A DNA stretch of 26,805 bases from Candidatus Krumholzibacteriia bacterium (GCA_036478295.1 JAZGDW010000160.1:1-26805); one strand, 5' to 3'; positions 7,734 through 16,667 are shown, counted from the first letter of the stretch. Translations and numbers: made by a program. Notes: generated from the letters alone by a model not told the origin.

Positions 7734-9740
7734 ATGTCATTTGCTAAGAGGGTTGCCACCGTTCTACTCATACTCGGTCTCATCGCCTGCGCATCGGCTT
7801 CATCTGAGCTGCGTTCAGAAGCGGTGGGTGGCTACGGGCAGATCACCGGCCGGATATTCGCTCTCAGGGCCGATACGTCGCTCGCATTTGCGAACATCAT
7901 CATCGTTGGCGCAAATAAAGGAGCCATGAGCCTCCGGGATGGTCGCTTTACCATCCGTGACGTTTTTCCCGGGACATACACGGTAAAGGTGATGATGATG
8001 GGCTACAAGACACTCGAGATACGAAACGTCGTCGTCCGAGCCAACGAAACGGTTGAGATGAGGTGTCGTCTCACGGAAACGATTGTCTCCGAAACACAGA
8101 TCATCGAAGTCACCGGCGAGAGGAAAGTAATCGACGTCTCAGCCAACGGCGTTCGCTCGTCCGTGACCAGGTCCGAGGTCAAGGCGGGCGACAGACTGTC
8201 CGTCCGCGGTGGCCGCTCGGGGGAGATCACGACGCGGATTAGCGGCCGAGGGCGGCGGCCGGCCACGCCGATCCAGCGGTCGGAGAGCGCGATACAACGG
8301 CAGCGGCATCTCGTGCCCAATAACGAGGCCTACGCCCGGGTCGATGCAAATAAATTTTTGAGCGTCATTGAGAAACCGATGTCGACCTTTTCGATCGACG
8401 TGGATGCCGCGTCATACAGCAATCTCAGGCGCTTTATCCGGGGGAACACGCTGCCCCCTGCGCATGCAGTTCGCGTCGAGGAACTCATCAACTATTTCAG
8501 ATACGACTATCCGGAACCGGACGAGTCACAACCGTTCTCGATCACCACCGAGATGTCCGATTGCCCGTGGAACGTGACTAACAAGCTCGTCCACATCGGT
8601 CTGCAGGGAAAGCGACTCATGCTGGAGGACCTGCCGCCGAGCAATCTCGTGTTTCTTCTCGACGTTTCTGGGTCAATGAAGCCGGCGAACAAGCTGCCCC
8701 TCGTTAAAAGCGCCATAAGGCTTCTCACCAGAGAATTACGCCGGAACGACCGGGTGGCGCTCGTGGCCTACAACAGCACGGTGAGTCTGTGTCTGCCTTC
8801 GACGCGGGGTGACCAGAAACGAACGATTCTTGACGCGGTCGATCGCCTGCAAGCGAGAGGGTCGACGGCGGGTGCCGCCGGTCTCCGGCTCGCATATGCG
8901 GTTGCCCGCAAGAATTTTCTGAAGAAGGGTAACAACCGGGTCATCCTGGCAACCGATGGTGACTTCAACGTTGGTGTCTCGAGCGATCACGAACTGGTGC
9001 AGCTGATCGAAAAAGAACGGGAGAGCGGTGTATTCCTGTCCATTATGGGCTTTGGCACCGGCAACCTCAAGGATTCCAAATTGGAGAAGATTGCCGATAA
9101 GGGCAACGGCCACTACGCCTACATCGACAATATCCTCGAAGCCAAGAAAGTGCTGATTAGGGAAATCGGCGCTACGCTGTTCACGATAGCCAAGGACGTC
9201 AAGATCCAGATCGAATTCAATCCGGCGAAGGTAAAAAGCTACCGGCTCATCGGTTATGAGAACCGGGTCCTCGAGAAGGAGGATTTCAACAACGACAAGA
9301 AGGACGCCGGCGAGCTGGGAGCCGGACACTCCGTTACCGCGCTCTACGAAGTCGTTCCGGTCGGACCGGACGGGGATCTTTCCTACCTGGACGAGTTCAA
9401 GTATTTCCATGTGGGAATCGATCCCGACGCGTTCGCGAGTCGGGAGATCCTGACGGTGAGCTTTCGTTACAAGCCACCGGCGGGCGACACCAGCCGGCTC
9501 ATCACAAAGACCGTGATGGAAAGCGATACCCGGTTTGATAAGGCTTCCGACGATTTTCGTTTTTCCGCCGCCGTCGCCGAATTCGGTATGCTCCTTGGGG
9601 ATTCCGCATACAAGGGCAAAGCGTGTTTCGAGGACGTGCTGGCAGTGGCCAAGGAGGCTAAGGGCAAGGACGAGCAAGGCTACCGGGCCGAATTCATCCA
9701 GCTCGTGGAAATATGCTCGTTGCTCACAAAGAACCAATAG
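7734..9740 (+). CDS. YfbK-like von Willebrand factor A protein (CarboxypepD_reg-like + vWF_A + VWA + DUF3520), exported
   Basis: Signal peptide with possible lipobox LIAC. N-terminal G.ITGRI...LAFANIII.G...GRFTI..V.PGTYTV domain. PMSTFSIDVDAASYSN, MIDAS DVSGS, ILATDGDFNVG, TIAKDVKIQIEFNP, YRLIGYENR and DAGELGAGHSVTALYE. Confidence 0.92.
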   Translation: MSFAKRVATVLLILGLIACASASSELRSEAVGGYGQITGRIFALRADTSLAFANIIIVGANKGAMSLRDGRFTIRDVFPGTYTVKVMMMGYKTLEIRNVVVRANETVEMRCRLTETIVSETQIIEVTGERKVIDVSANGVRSSVTRSEVKAGDRLSVRGGRSGEITTRISGRGRRPATPIQRSESAIQRQRHLVPNNEAYARVDANKFLSVIEKPMSTFSIDVDAASYSNLRRFIRGNTLPPAHAVRVEELINYFRYDYPEPDESQPFSITTEMSDCPWNVTNKLVHIGLQGKRLMLEDLPPSNLVFLLDVSGSMKPANKLPLVKSAIRLLTRELRRNDRVALVAYNSTVSLCLPSTRGDQKRTILDAVDRLQARGSTAGAAGLRLAYAVARKNFLKKGNNRVILATDGDFNVGVSSDHELVQLIEKERESGVFLSIMGFGTGNLKDSKLEKIADKGNGHYAYIDNILEAKKVLIREIGATLFTIAKDVKIQIEFNPAKVKSYRLIGYENRVLEKEDFNNDKKDAGELGAGHSVTALYEVVPVGPDGDLSYLDEFKYFHVGIDPDAFASREILTVSFRYKPPAGDTSRLITKTVMESDTRFDKASDDFRFSAAVAEFGMLLGDSAYKGKACFEDVLAVAKEAKGKDEQGYRAEFIQLVEICSLLTKNQ

Positions 9741-9865
9741 CCCCGTGGGCCGTGTGCCGGGCATTTTCGCGCGATGCTTGAGGCCGCTCACTCTGCGAAA
9801 GTGCCCGCACATGCGCCCACCATGCAGCCCCTGTTGCCGGGGGTAGTTCACAGGGAGGTTTGTAC

Positions 9866-10489
9866 ATGGTTGCTCTGTCTCAGTTGGTAAATGCCGAGTT
9901 CAAAGCGCGGCACCCGGGCTATCTACGGCGGGCGCTGGTGGCCGCCGTGGCGCTTCACTTCCTGCTCTTTGCATTCGCGCCGCCGTTCACGTCCAAGCCG
10001 TACCGGCTGCCGGTTGTACAGGAGTTCGTTGTCGAGGAGATCGTTGAATTCACTTTCCCGGAGCCGCCGCCCAAAGTCGTCGTGCCGGATAATCTCGCTA
10101 CGTGCGTTGACCCCGGGGAAGATCCGGTAGACATTGCCGAACCATCGCCCGACCGGTTCAAAGAAATCGCCATCGACCCCAAGCCGCCGTCGGCCACCGT
10201 TGCGTTCCTTGCCTACGACGAAATGCCCATCCTCATTAATTACACGATTCCGGAATACCCCACCCTGGCCCGGGAGGCTGGCCTCGAAGGTACGGTGCGG
10301 GTGAAGATCGTTGTGGGCCGCGATGGCAAGGTCAAGAGCGCATCGATATTATCGTCTGACGTCACACCGGCGATGGAACAGGCGGCGATGGAAGCGGCGA
10401 AGCGGTGCACGTTCAAACCGGCACGGCAACGGAGCATCCCGGTTCGCGCGACCGTGATGATCCCCTATAAGTTCCGGCTCAACCGGTAG
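9866..10489 (+). CDS. tonB: Energy transducer TonB family protein
   Basis: N-terminal TM helix with His (ALHFLLF), Pro-rich linker, and TonB_C domain (PEYPTLAREAGLEGTVRV...DGKV...FKPARQ...V.ATVMIPYKFRL). GGGAGG RBS. Confidence 0.88.
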   Translation: MVALSQLVNAEFKARHPGYLRRALVAAVALHFLLFAFAPPFTSKPYRLPVVQEFVVEEIVEFTFPEPPPKVVVPDNLATCVDPGEDPVDIAEPSPDRFKEIAIDPKPPSATVAFLAYDEMPILINYTIPEYPTLAREAGLEGTVRVKIVVGRDGKVKSASILSSDVTPAMEQAAMEAAKRCTFKPARQRSIPVRATVMIPYKFRLNR

Positions 10490-10522
10490 GGGCTGTCTAC
10501 CGGAAAATTGGAGATTCAGAGA

Positions 10523-10649
10523 ATGACAGCATGCTGTCAAGTAGATGACAGTATGCTGTCAAGTGGATGACAGTATGCTGTCAAGTGGATGGCAGTATGC
10601 TGTCAAGTGGATGACAGTATGCTGTCAAGTGGATGACAGTATGCTGTCA
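10523..10649. repeat. 22-bp tandem repeat (~5.8 copies) with an internal palindrome
   Basis: Unit ATGACAGTATGCTGTCAAGTGG starts at 10523, 10545, 10567, 10589, 10611 and 10633 (partial). There are no spacers. The first unit holds the perfect palindrome TGACAGCATGCTGTCA. Confidence 0.95.
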
Positions 10650-10773
10650 CAATCACTGCGGCGAGGATCCCGCCCAGCGGCGCTGTTCCAAGGGTTTAAC
10701 GCTCGCTGCCGCGGGCGAAAAATACCGGAGCCAAAAAGCGCCATTCGTGTATCATAAGGGAAGGGTTCCGCTT

Positions 10774-11652
10774 ATGATTGCACGAAAATGCATGACCTTG
10801 TTTTCTGGCTTGTTGCTGTGTTTCGCGGCTGGAGTGGTTGAACGCCCATCGCCCGCCGCAGCGGCCGGGGACGAAGTACCGAACGGGCTCTACACACAGA
10901 CCAGCGATTCCTCCGCCCCGCTCATAACGACCCAGGACGGGATAGAGCTCCGTCTCGGTGGCAAACACGAGATCCGGATAAACAAAGCGGAACTCTATTC
11001 GCAGAACAACGCGAACACGTCATTCAATCTAACACTCACCACACCGTTTGAGCCGCAGCCCGATGCCACTCCTTACAAACTGCTCGCCGTAGGAGGTGTC
11101 ATTTACCGGCAAACGGGCTCGGGGGAGACGGAGGGTAAGAGCTCTTCCGTTTATTTCCACATCTCCGGGCAAGACCGGGCCAGGGTGGTTGCCGAGCACT
11201 TCGGCATCGAGCCCAGGTTCAGGACACACCCGCGACACCAGTTCGAAGTTTCGTTCGAGCCCGTAAAGAACGAATTCCAGACAGGAGAAGACGTGCGGGT
11301 CACGCTGCGTATCACGAACGTCGGCGACCACACAATTGCGTTCATGAAGGGTGGCAGGAACCGGGCGGAGAGAGACAACCAGTACGTCTTCTCTGCGAGA
11401 CACAAGGGCAGGCAGGTCGACGACATCGGCACCAGTTATCATTTTGGAGGACTGTCCGTCAAACGTGTCCTGAAACCCGGTGAGACTTTCGAAGACCATG
11501 TGGATCTCGGCAAGTGGTTCTCTTTCGAGAAGCCCGGTTTTTACGAACTCCTCGGTTCGTACTACATGGCGTTCTACTCGCCCGAAGGCAGCGACTGGTA
11601 TACTATCTGGGAAGATTACGCAACCGGCGAATGTGTCCTGACGGTCAAGTAA
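10774..11652 (+). CDS. Secreted hypothetical protein with a probable C-terminal Ig-like beta-sandwich
   Basis: Signal-like N-terminus (MIARKCMTLFSGLLLCFAAG). C-terminal F..GEDVRVTLRITNVGD...LKPGETF...PG.YEL pattern. The track start 10633 lies inside the tandem repeat and is unlikely. Confidence 0.7.
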   Translation: MIARKCMTLFSGLLLCFAAGVVERPSPAAAAGDEVPNGLYTQTSDSSAPLITTQDGIELRLGGKHEIRINKAELYSQNNANTSFNLTLTTPFEPQPDATPYKLLAVGGVIYRQTGSGETEGKSSSVYFHISGQDRARVVAEHFGIEPRFRTHPRHQFEVSFEPVKNEFQTGEDVRVTLRITNVGDHTIAFMKGGRNRAERDNQYVFSARHKGRQVDDIGTSYHFGGLSVKRVLKPGETFEDHVDLGKWFSFEKPGFYELLGSYYMAFYSPEGSDWYTIWEDYATGECVLTVK

Positions 11653-11796
11653 ACCCGGTTGCGGTCGCCGGTACCGCTGATGGCCTTCACCGGAAGCTGA
11701 TTCTTATCATGAATCAGAGGTTTGCAGCATGTCGCCGGAACCACAAGCGCAGCTCCATCCGGGATTACCCTAAGCCCTACAAAAAATCGCCGTTTG

Positions 11797-11805
11797 TGCT
11801 ATAAT
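11797..11805 (+). promoter_or_regulatory. Extended -10 promoter (TGCTATAAT) of the first BACON-repeat gene
   Basis: TG-C-TATAAT about 45 nt before the start codon. The same element is conserved before the paralog. Confidence 0.7.
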
Positions 11806-11849
11806 TACGGTGGCCTGATACTCCGGCTTTCACTCACAGGGGGCTTGTG

Positions 11850-14036
11850 ATGAAGCGGACTCTCCTTTGCGCCCTGATTCTCTTTCTCGTTCCCCAGTTC
11901 GCAGCCGCACAGCTCGGTACGGTCTGTCTTTTTTCGGATCAAAACGGTAACGATTGTAGCCTCAGCGATACCGTACCGGGGCTGCTCACCGTCTACGCGA
12001 TTCACACGTTCGTGGCGGGGGCGGTCGCGGTCCAGTTCTCGGCGCCAAAGCCGTCCTGCATGGCGGGTGCGACCTGGATAGATGACACCTGGCCCTTCCC
12101 GGTGACGATCGGCGACTCGCAAAGCAATGTTGCCATCGGCTACGGGGGATGCCTGACGGGAACGGTACACGTCCTGTCGATAAACTACGCCGTGTCGGGC
12201 ACGACGACGGCGGACTGTCCATACAAGGTGCTGCCCGCGACAGGACAGTTCGAGATCCAGGCGGTGGATTGCGATAACAACCAGGTGACGGCCGACGGCG
12301 GAACGACTTACATCAACTCGAGCATCGTCTGCGACTGCTCCGGCACCCTGCCCACCCCACCGGTGCTGGCGGTGATGCCGCTGAGTCTGGATTTTGGGAC
12401 GACCGACAGCGTCATGACCCTTCAAGTCAGTAATGTTGGGGGCAGCACGCTCTCGTGGCTGGTTTACCGCAACCCAACAAACTGGCTCTCCGTGGCCCCG
12501 ATATCGGGAGTGGACAACGGTTCGATCACCGTTACGGTCAACCGCGTGGGCCTTCCACCAGGCACGCACACGGGTGTCGTGAACGTGGTGTCAAACGGCG
12601 GCGCGATCGACGTACCCGTTTCCCTGACCACTGTCCCACCTCCTCCACCCCCTCCAACACTGGGCGTGAGCCCCACCGGTCTGAATTTCGGAGCGACGTC
12701 AACTTTAGGACAGTTTACTATCTTTAATAACGGCGGCCCCACACTGACCTGGAATATCACGAACGCCGAGCCGTGGCTCGTCGTCCTGCCGTCCAGTGGC
12801 ACCGAAACGACGACTATCAACGCCACCGTGGACCGAGCGGGACTGACGCTTGGCACCTATAGCGATACGATCAAAGTAACATCCAACGGCGGCAACGCGA
12901 ACGTCCTGGTGGCGATGACCGTTCTAACCCCTCCCACGCCGGCGCCGATCCTGGACTTCACGCCCACGTCGCTGTCTTTCCCGATAGGGACGGACAGCTT
13001 GCTACTGGACATCCTGAACGTCGGCACGCTCGACCTGTTGTGGAACATCACCCCCGACCAGCCCTGGTTGACCGTGGACCCCGCCTCTGGCACGAACGAC
13101 ACGCCGGTGGCCGTGGAGGTGGACCGGACGGGACTCGGTGACGGCACCTTCAACGGCAACCTGTCGATCACGTCGAACGGCGGCAGCGGCACGGTGCCGG
13201 TGTCGATGACGGTGACAACGGTCCCCATCTTGTGGGTGAGCAAGTCTCATTTGAGTTTTGGCCAATCGACTGCGCAACGGGCCTTTCTCATCGAGAACCG
13301 GGGTGTCGGTACGCTCAACTGGTCACTGAGCGACGATCGGAACTGGATCCACATCGACCCGCCGCTCTCCGGCAGTGGTGATAACACCGTTACGGTACGC
13401 GTGAACCAGGACTCGGTACCGTTGGGCAGCCAACAGTCTGGAACCATCACAGTGGATTCGAACGGCGGCACGGCATCGATCACCGTGAGCTTCTCGTGGC
13501 CTACGGGTACCGCTGGCATCATCGGCGTGTACGGAGATCCGAGCGGGACGAACTGCAACCTCATAGATCGAAGCCCCGGCTTGCTTTCTGTGTACGTTGT
13601 CCATCAGAGCACACCCGGGGCAACGGCGTCGCAGTTTTCCGCACCGATACCCAGTTGCTGGGCGGGAGCGACTTACCTGTCGGATACGAACATCTTTCCG
13701 GTAACGGTCGGCAACTCGCAGACCGGCATAACCATCGCATACGGGGCCTGTGTCACGCCGCCCATCCACGTCTTGACGATCAATTACGCCGTGACGGGCA
13801 TTGGCACCCCGTGCTGCCAATACGACGTGCTGCCCGATCCCAGCGCTCCGTCCGGGCAGATTGTTGCCGTCGATTGCTTATTCATTGACCTCCCTGGCTT
13901 CGGCTTCCCCGGTATGGTCAATGCGACGACCGCATGCTGGTGCGGGGGTGCTCTAAGTGTGGAAGAAACCACGTGGGGCCACATCAAGGCGATTTATTAC
14001 GGTCCGGGAACCACCACCAGGATACAGAAGAAGTGA
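11850..14036 (+). CDS. Secreted surface protein: Cys-rich domain + 4 BACON-like repeats + Cys-rich domain + TWGHIKAIY tail
   Basis: Signal peptide ending AAA-Q. Four ~92-aa repeats P.L...P.SL.F...N.G...L.W...WL.V.P.SG...V.V.R.GL..G...G.I...SNGG. The N- and C-terminal Cys-rich domains are homologous. Confidence 0.85.
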   Translation: MKRTLLCALILFLVPQFAAAQLGTVCLFSDQNGNDCSLSDTVPGLLTVYAIHTFVAGAVAVQFSAPKPSCMAGATWIDDTWPFPVTIGDSQSNVAIGYGGCLTGTVHVLSINYAVSGTTTADCPYKVLPATGQFEIQAVDCDNNQVTADGGTTYINSSIVCDCSGTLPTPPVLAVMPLSLDFGTTDSVMTLQVSNVGGSTLSWLVYRNPTNWLSVAPISGVDNGSITVTVNRVGLPPGTHTGVVNVVSNGGAIDVPVSLTTVPPPPPPPTLGVSPTGLNFGATSTLGQFTIFNNGGPTLTWNITNAEPWLVVLPSSGTETTTINATVDRAGLTLGTYSDTIKVTSNGGNANVLVAMTVLTPPTPAPILDFTPTSLSFPIGTDSLLLDILNVGTLDLLWNITPDQPWLTVDPASGTNDTPVAVEVDRTGLGDGTFNGNLSITSNGGSGTVPVSMTVTTVPILWVSKSHLSFGQSTAQRAFLIENRGVGTLNWSLSDDRNWIHIDPPLSGSGDNTVTVRVNQDSVPLGSQQSGTITVDSNGGTASITVSFSWPTGTAGIIGVYGDPSGTNCNLIDRSPGLLSVYVVHQSTPGATASQFSAPIPSCWAGATYLSDTNIFPVTVGNSQTGITIAYGACVTPPIHVLTINYAVTGIGTPCCQYDVLPDPSAPSGQIVAVDCLFIDLPGFGFPGMVNATTACWCGGALSVEETTWGHIKAIYYGPGTTTRIQKK

Positions 14037-14159
14037 ACCCGGCTTGTTGGAACAAGCACCGCGAGCCGGCGGGCCGACGACTGGAATGAGTGCCGTGACC
14101 GCGAGCGGTGCTCGCTCCACCAAGCGCAGCCCCAATCCCTACAAAAAAATCACCTTTTG

Positions 14160-14168
14160 TGCTATAAT
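14160..14168 (+). promoter_or_regulatory. Extended -10 promoter (TGCTATAAT) of the second BACON-repeat gene
   Basis: Same motif and similar leader as 11797-11805. Confidence 0.7.
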
Positions 14169-14213
14169 TACCGTGGCCTGGTCCTCCGGCCTTCACTTAC
14201 AAGGGGGCTTGTG

Positions 14214-16667
14214 ATGAAGCAGACTCTTCTTTGCGCCCTGATACTTGTTCTCCTTCCCCAGCTCGCAGCTGCACAGCTCGGTACGGTCTGTCTTTTTTCC
14301 GATCAAAACGGTAGCGACTGTAGCCTGAGTGATACCGCACCGGGGCTGCTCACCGTCTACGTGATTCACACGTTCGTGCCGGGGGCGACCGCAGTCCAGT
14401 TCTCGGCGCCAAAGCCGTCCTGCATGGTGGGTGCTACCTGGATAAGTGACACGTGGCCCTTTCCGGTGACGATCGGCGACTCGCAGAGCGACGTCGCCAT
14501 CGGCTACGGGGGATGCCTGACGGGAACGGTACACGTCCTGTCGATAAACTACTCCGCGTCGGGTACGACGACGGCGGACTGTCCGTACAAGGTGCTGCCC
14601 GCGACAGGACAGTTCGAGATCCAGGCGGTGGATTGCGATAACAACCAGGTGACGGCGAACGGCGGGACGACGTACATCAACTCGAGCATCGCCTGCGAGT
14701 GCTCCGGCACCCTGCCCGCCCCGCCGGTGCTGGCGGTGACGCCGCTGAGCCTGGATTTTGGGATGATCGACAGCGTCATGACGCTTCAAGTCAGTAATAT
14801 CGGGGGCAGCACGCTGTCATGGTTGGTGTACCGCAGCCCCACGACGTGGATCTCGGTTAGCCCGATATCGGGAGTGGACAACGGTTCGATCACGGTCACG
14901 GTCAACCGCGTGGGGCTTCCACCAGGCACGCACACAGGTGTCGTGAACGTCGTATCGAACGGCGGCGTGATCAACGTACCCGTCTCCCTAACCATGGCCC
15001 CACCCCCTCCGGCGCTGCTCGTGAACCCCTCCAGTCTGGACTTTGGAACGACGGCGACTTTGGACCAATTTACCATCTTCAATAACGGCGGCCCCACACT
15101 GACCTGGAATATCACGAACGCCGAGCCGTGGCTCGTCGTCCTGCCGTCGAGTGGCACCGAAACGACGACCATCAACGCCACGGTGGACCGGACAGGACTG
15201 TCGCTGGGCGCGCACGGGGATACGATCAAGGTGACATCCAACGGCGGCAACGCGAACATCCTGGTGGCAATGACCGTTCTGGAGCCGGCACCGGTTCTGA
15301 CCTTCACGCCCCCATCGCTGTCTTTCCCGATGGGCGTGGATAGCCTGCCATTGGACATCATGAACGTCGGTCTGCTGGACCTCCTGTGGGATATCGCGAG
15401 CGATCAACCGTGGCTGAGTGTACAACCCGCCGCCGGCACCAACGATACCCAGGTAATGGTACGTGTGGACCGGACGGGACTCGCTGACGGGACTTTCAAC
15501 GGCAACCTGTCGATCACGTCGAACGGCGGTAGCGGTACGGTGCCGGTGTCAATAACCGTGGTAAACCCGGCACCCATTCTGGGATTCACGCCCCTGTCGC
15601 TCTCGTTCCCGGTGGGCACGGACAGCCTGGCACTTTTTATCCTGAACGACGGCCCGCTCGACCTGTTCTGGAACATCACCCCCGATCAGCCGTGGTTGAC
15701 CGTAGACCCCGCCTCCGGTACGAACGACACGCCGGTGGCCGTAGAGGTGGATCGGGCGGGACTCGCTGACGGGACGTTCAACGGCAACCTGTCGATCACG
15801 TCGAACGGCGGCAGCGGTACGGTGCCGGTCACGTTGACCGTGGCAACGGTCCCCGTTTTGTGGGTGAGCACCTCTCAATTGAGCTTCACGTCATCGACCA
15901 CGGTGCGATCGTTCGCCATCCAGAACAGGGGTGTCGGTACGCTCAGCTGGTCACTGAGCGCCGACCAGAGCTGGATCCACATCGATCCGCCGCTATCCGG
16001 CAGCGGCGCTACCTCGGTTACGGTCCGCGTAAATCCGGACTCGGTACCGGCGGGCGACCAGCAGCTCGGGAATGTCACTGTGGATTCGAACGGCGGCACG
16101 GCACTAATCGCCGTGAGCTTCTCGCGTGCTCCGACAGGTGTCGCGGGCGTCCTCGGCTTGTACGGGGATCCGAGCGGTACGGACTGCAACATAGTAGATC
16201 AGACCCCCGGCTTGGTTAACGTGTTCATCGTCCATCAGTACACGACTGGGGCAACGGCGGTTCAGTTTTCAGCACCGATGCCCAGTTGCTGGGCGGGAGC
16301 GACTTATCTGTCGGATGTACTACCCTTCCCGTTGAGTGTCGGCAATTCGCAAACCGGAATCAGTCTCGCATACGGCGCGTGTCTCGTATCGCCGATAACC
16401 GTCATGAGCATTGCTTACTTCGGGACGGGCATTGGTACCCCGTGCTGCGAATACCCCGTGCTACCCGATCCTAGCGTGCCGGAGGGGCAGATACTGGTCA
16501 CCGATTGCGGATTTACCAACATCTTCGGCCTCGGCGCCCCCGGGTATATCAATGCAAACGCGACATGTCCGTGTGGCCTCGTGACGAGTGTCCACGAGAT
16601 GACGTGGGGCCACATCAAGGCCCTTTATCACGCTTCGGAGGCCACCACGCGGACGGAGAAGAAGTAA
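14214..16667 (+). CDS. Paralog of the preceding gene: Cys-rich domain + 5 BACON-like repeats + Cys-rich domain + TWGHIKALY tail
   Basis: N-terminus is near-identical (MKQTLLCALIL...AAAQLGTVCLFSDQNG) and there is one extra repeat. Start set by analogy (GGGGGCTTGTGATG). Confidence 0.85.
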   Translation: MKQTLLCALILVLLPQLAAAQLGTVCLFSDQNGSDCSLSDTAPGLLTVYVIHTFVPGATAVQFSAPKPSCMVGATWISDTWPFPVTIGDSQSDVAIGYGGCLTGTVHVLSINYSASGTTTADCPYKVLPATGQFEIQAVDCDNNQVTANGGTTYINSSIACECSGTLPAPPVLAVTPLSLDFGMIDSVMTLQVSNIGGSTLSWLVYRSPTTWISVSPISGVDNGSITVTVNRVGLPPGTHTGVVNVVSNGGVINVPVSLTMAPPPPALLVNPSSLDFGTTATLDQFTIFNNGGPTLTWNITNAEPWLVVLPSSGTETTTINATVDRTGLSLGAHGDTIKVTSNGGNANILVAMTVLEPAPVLTFTPPSLSFPMGVDSLPLDIMNVGLLDLLWDIASDQPWLSVQPAAGTNDTQVMVRVDRTGLADGTFNGNLSITSNGGSGTVPVSITVVNPAPILGFTPLSLSFPVGTDSLALFILNDGPLDLFWNITPDQPWLTVDPASGTNDTPVAVEVDRAGLADGTFNGNLSITSNGGSGTVPVTLTVATVPVLWVSTSQLSFTSSTTVRSFAIQNRGVGTLSWSLSADQSWIHIDPPLSGSGATSVTVRVNPDSVPAGDQQLGNVTVDSNGGTALIAVSFSRAPTGVAGVLGLYGDPSGTDCNIVDQTPGLVNVFIVHQYTTGATAVQFSAPMPSCWAGATYLSDVLPFPLSVGNSQTGISLAYGACLVSPITVMSIAYFGTGIGTPCCEYPVLPDPSVPEGQILVTDCGFTNIFGLGAPGYINANATCPCGLVTSVHEMTWGHIKALYHASEATTRTEKK

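Noticed and set aside
10523..10649. CRISPR array
   Set aside because: The palindromic repeats abut directly with no unique spacers, and there are no cas genes in the window.
10545..10773. ORF starts within the tandem repeat (MTVCCQVDDS..., and the 10633 start of the secreted protein)
   Set aside because: The ATGs come from the repeat unit. The signal-peptide-like sequence begins at 10774.
11850..16667. Diversity-generating retroelement template/variable repeat pair
   Set aside because: No reverse transcriptase is present, both copies are full genes, and the differences are not visibly adenine-specific.
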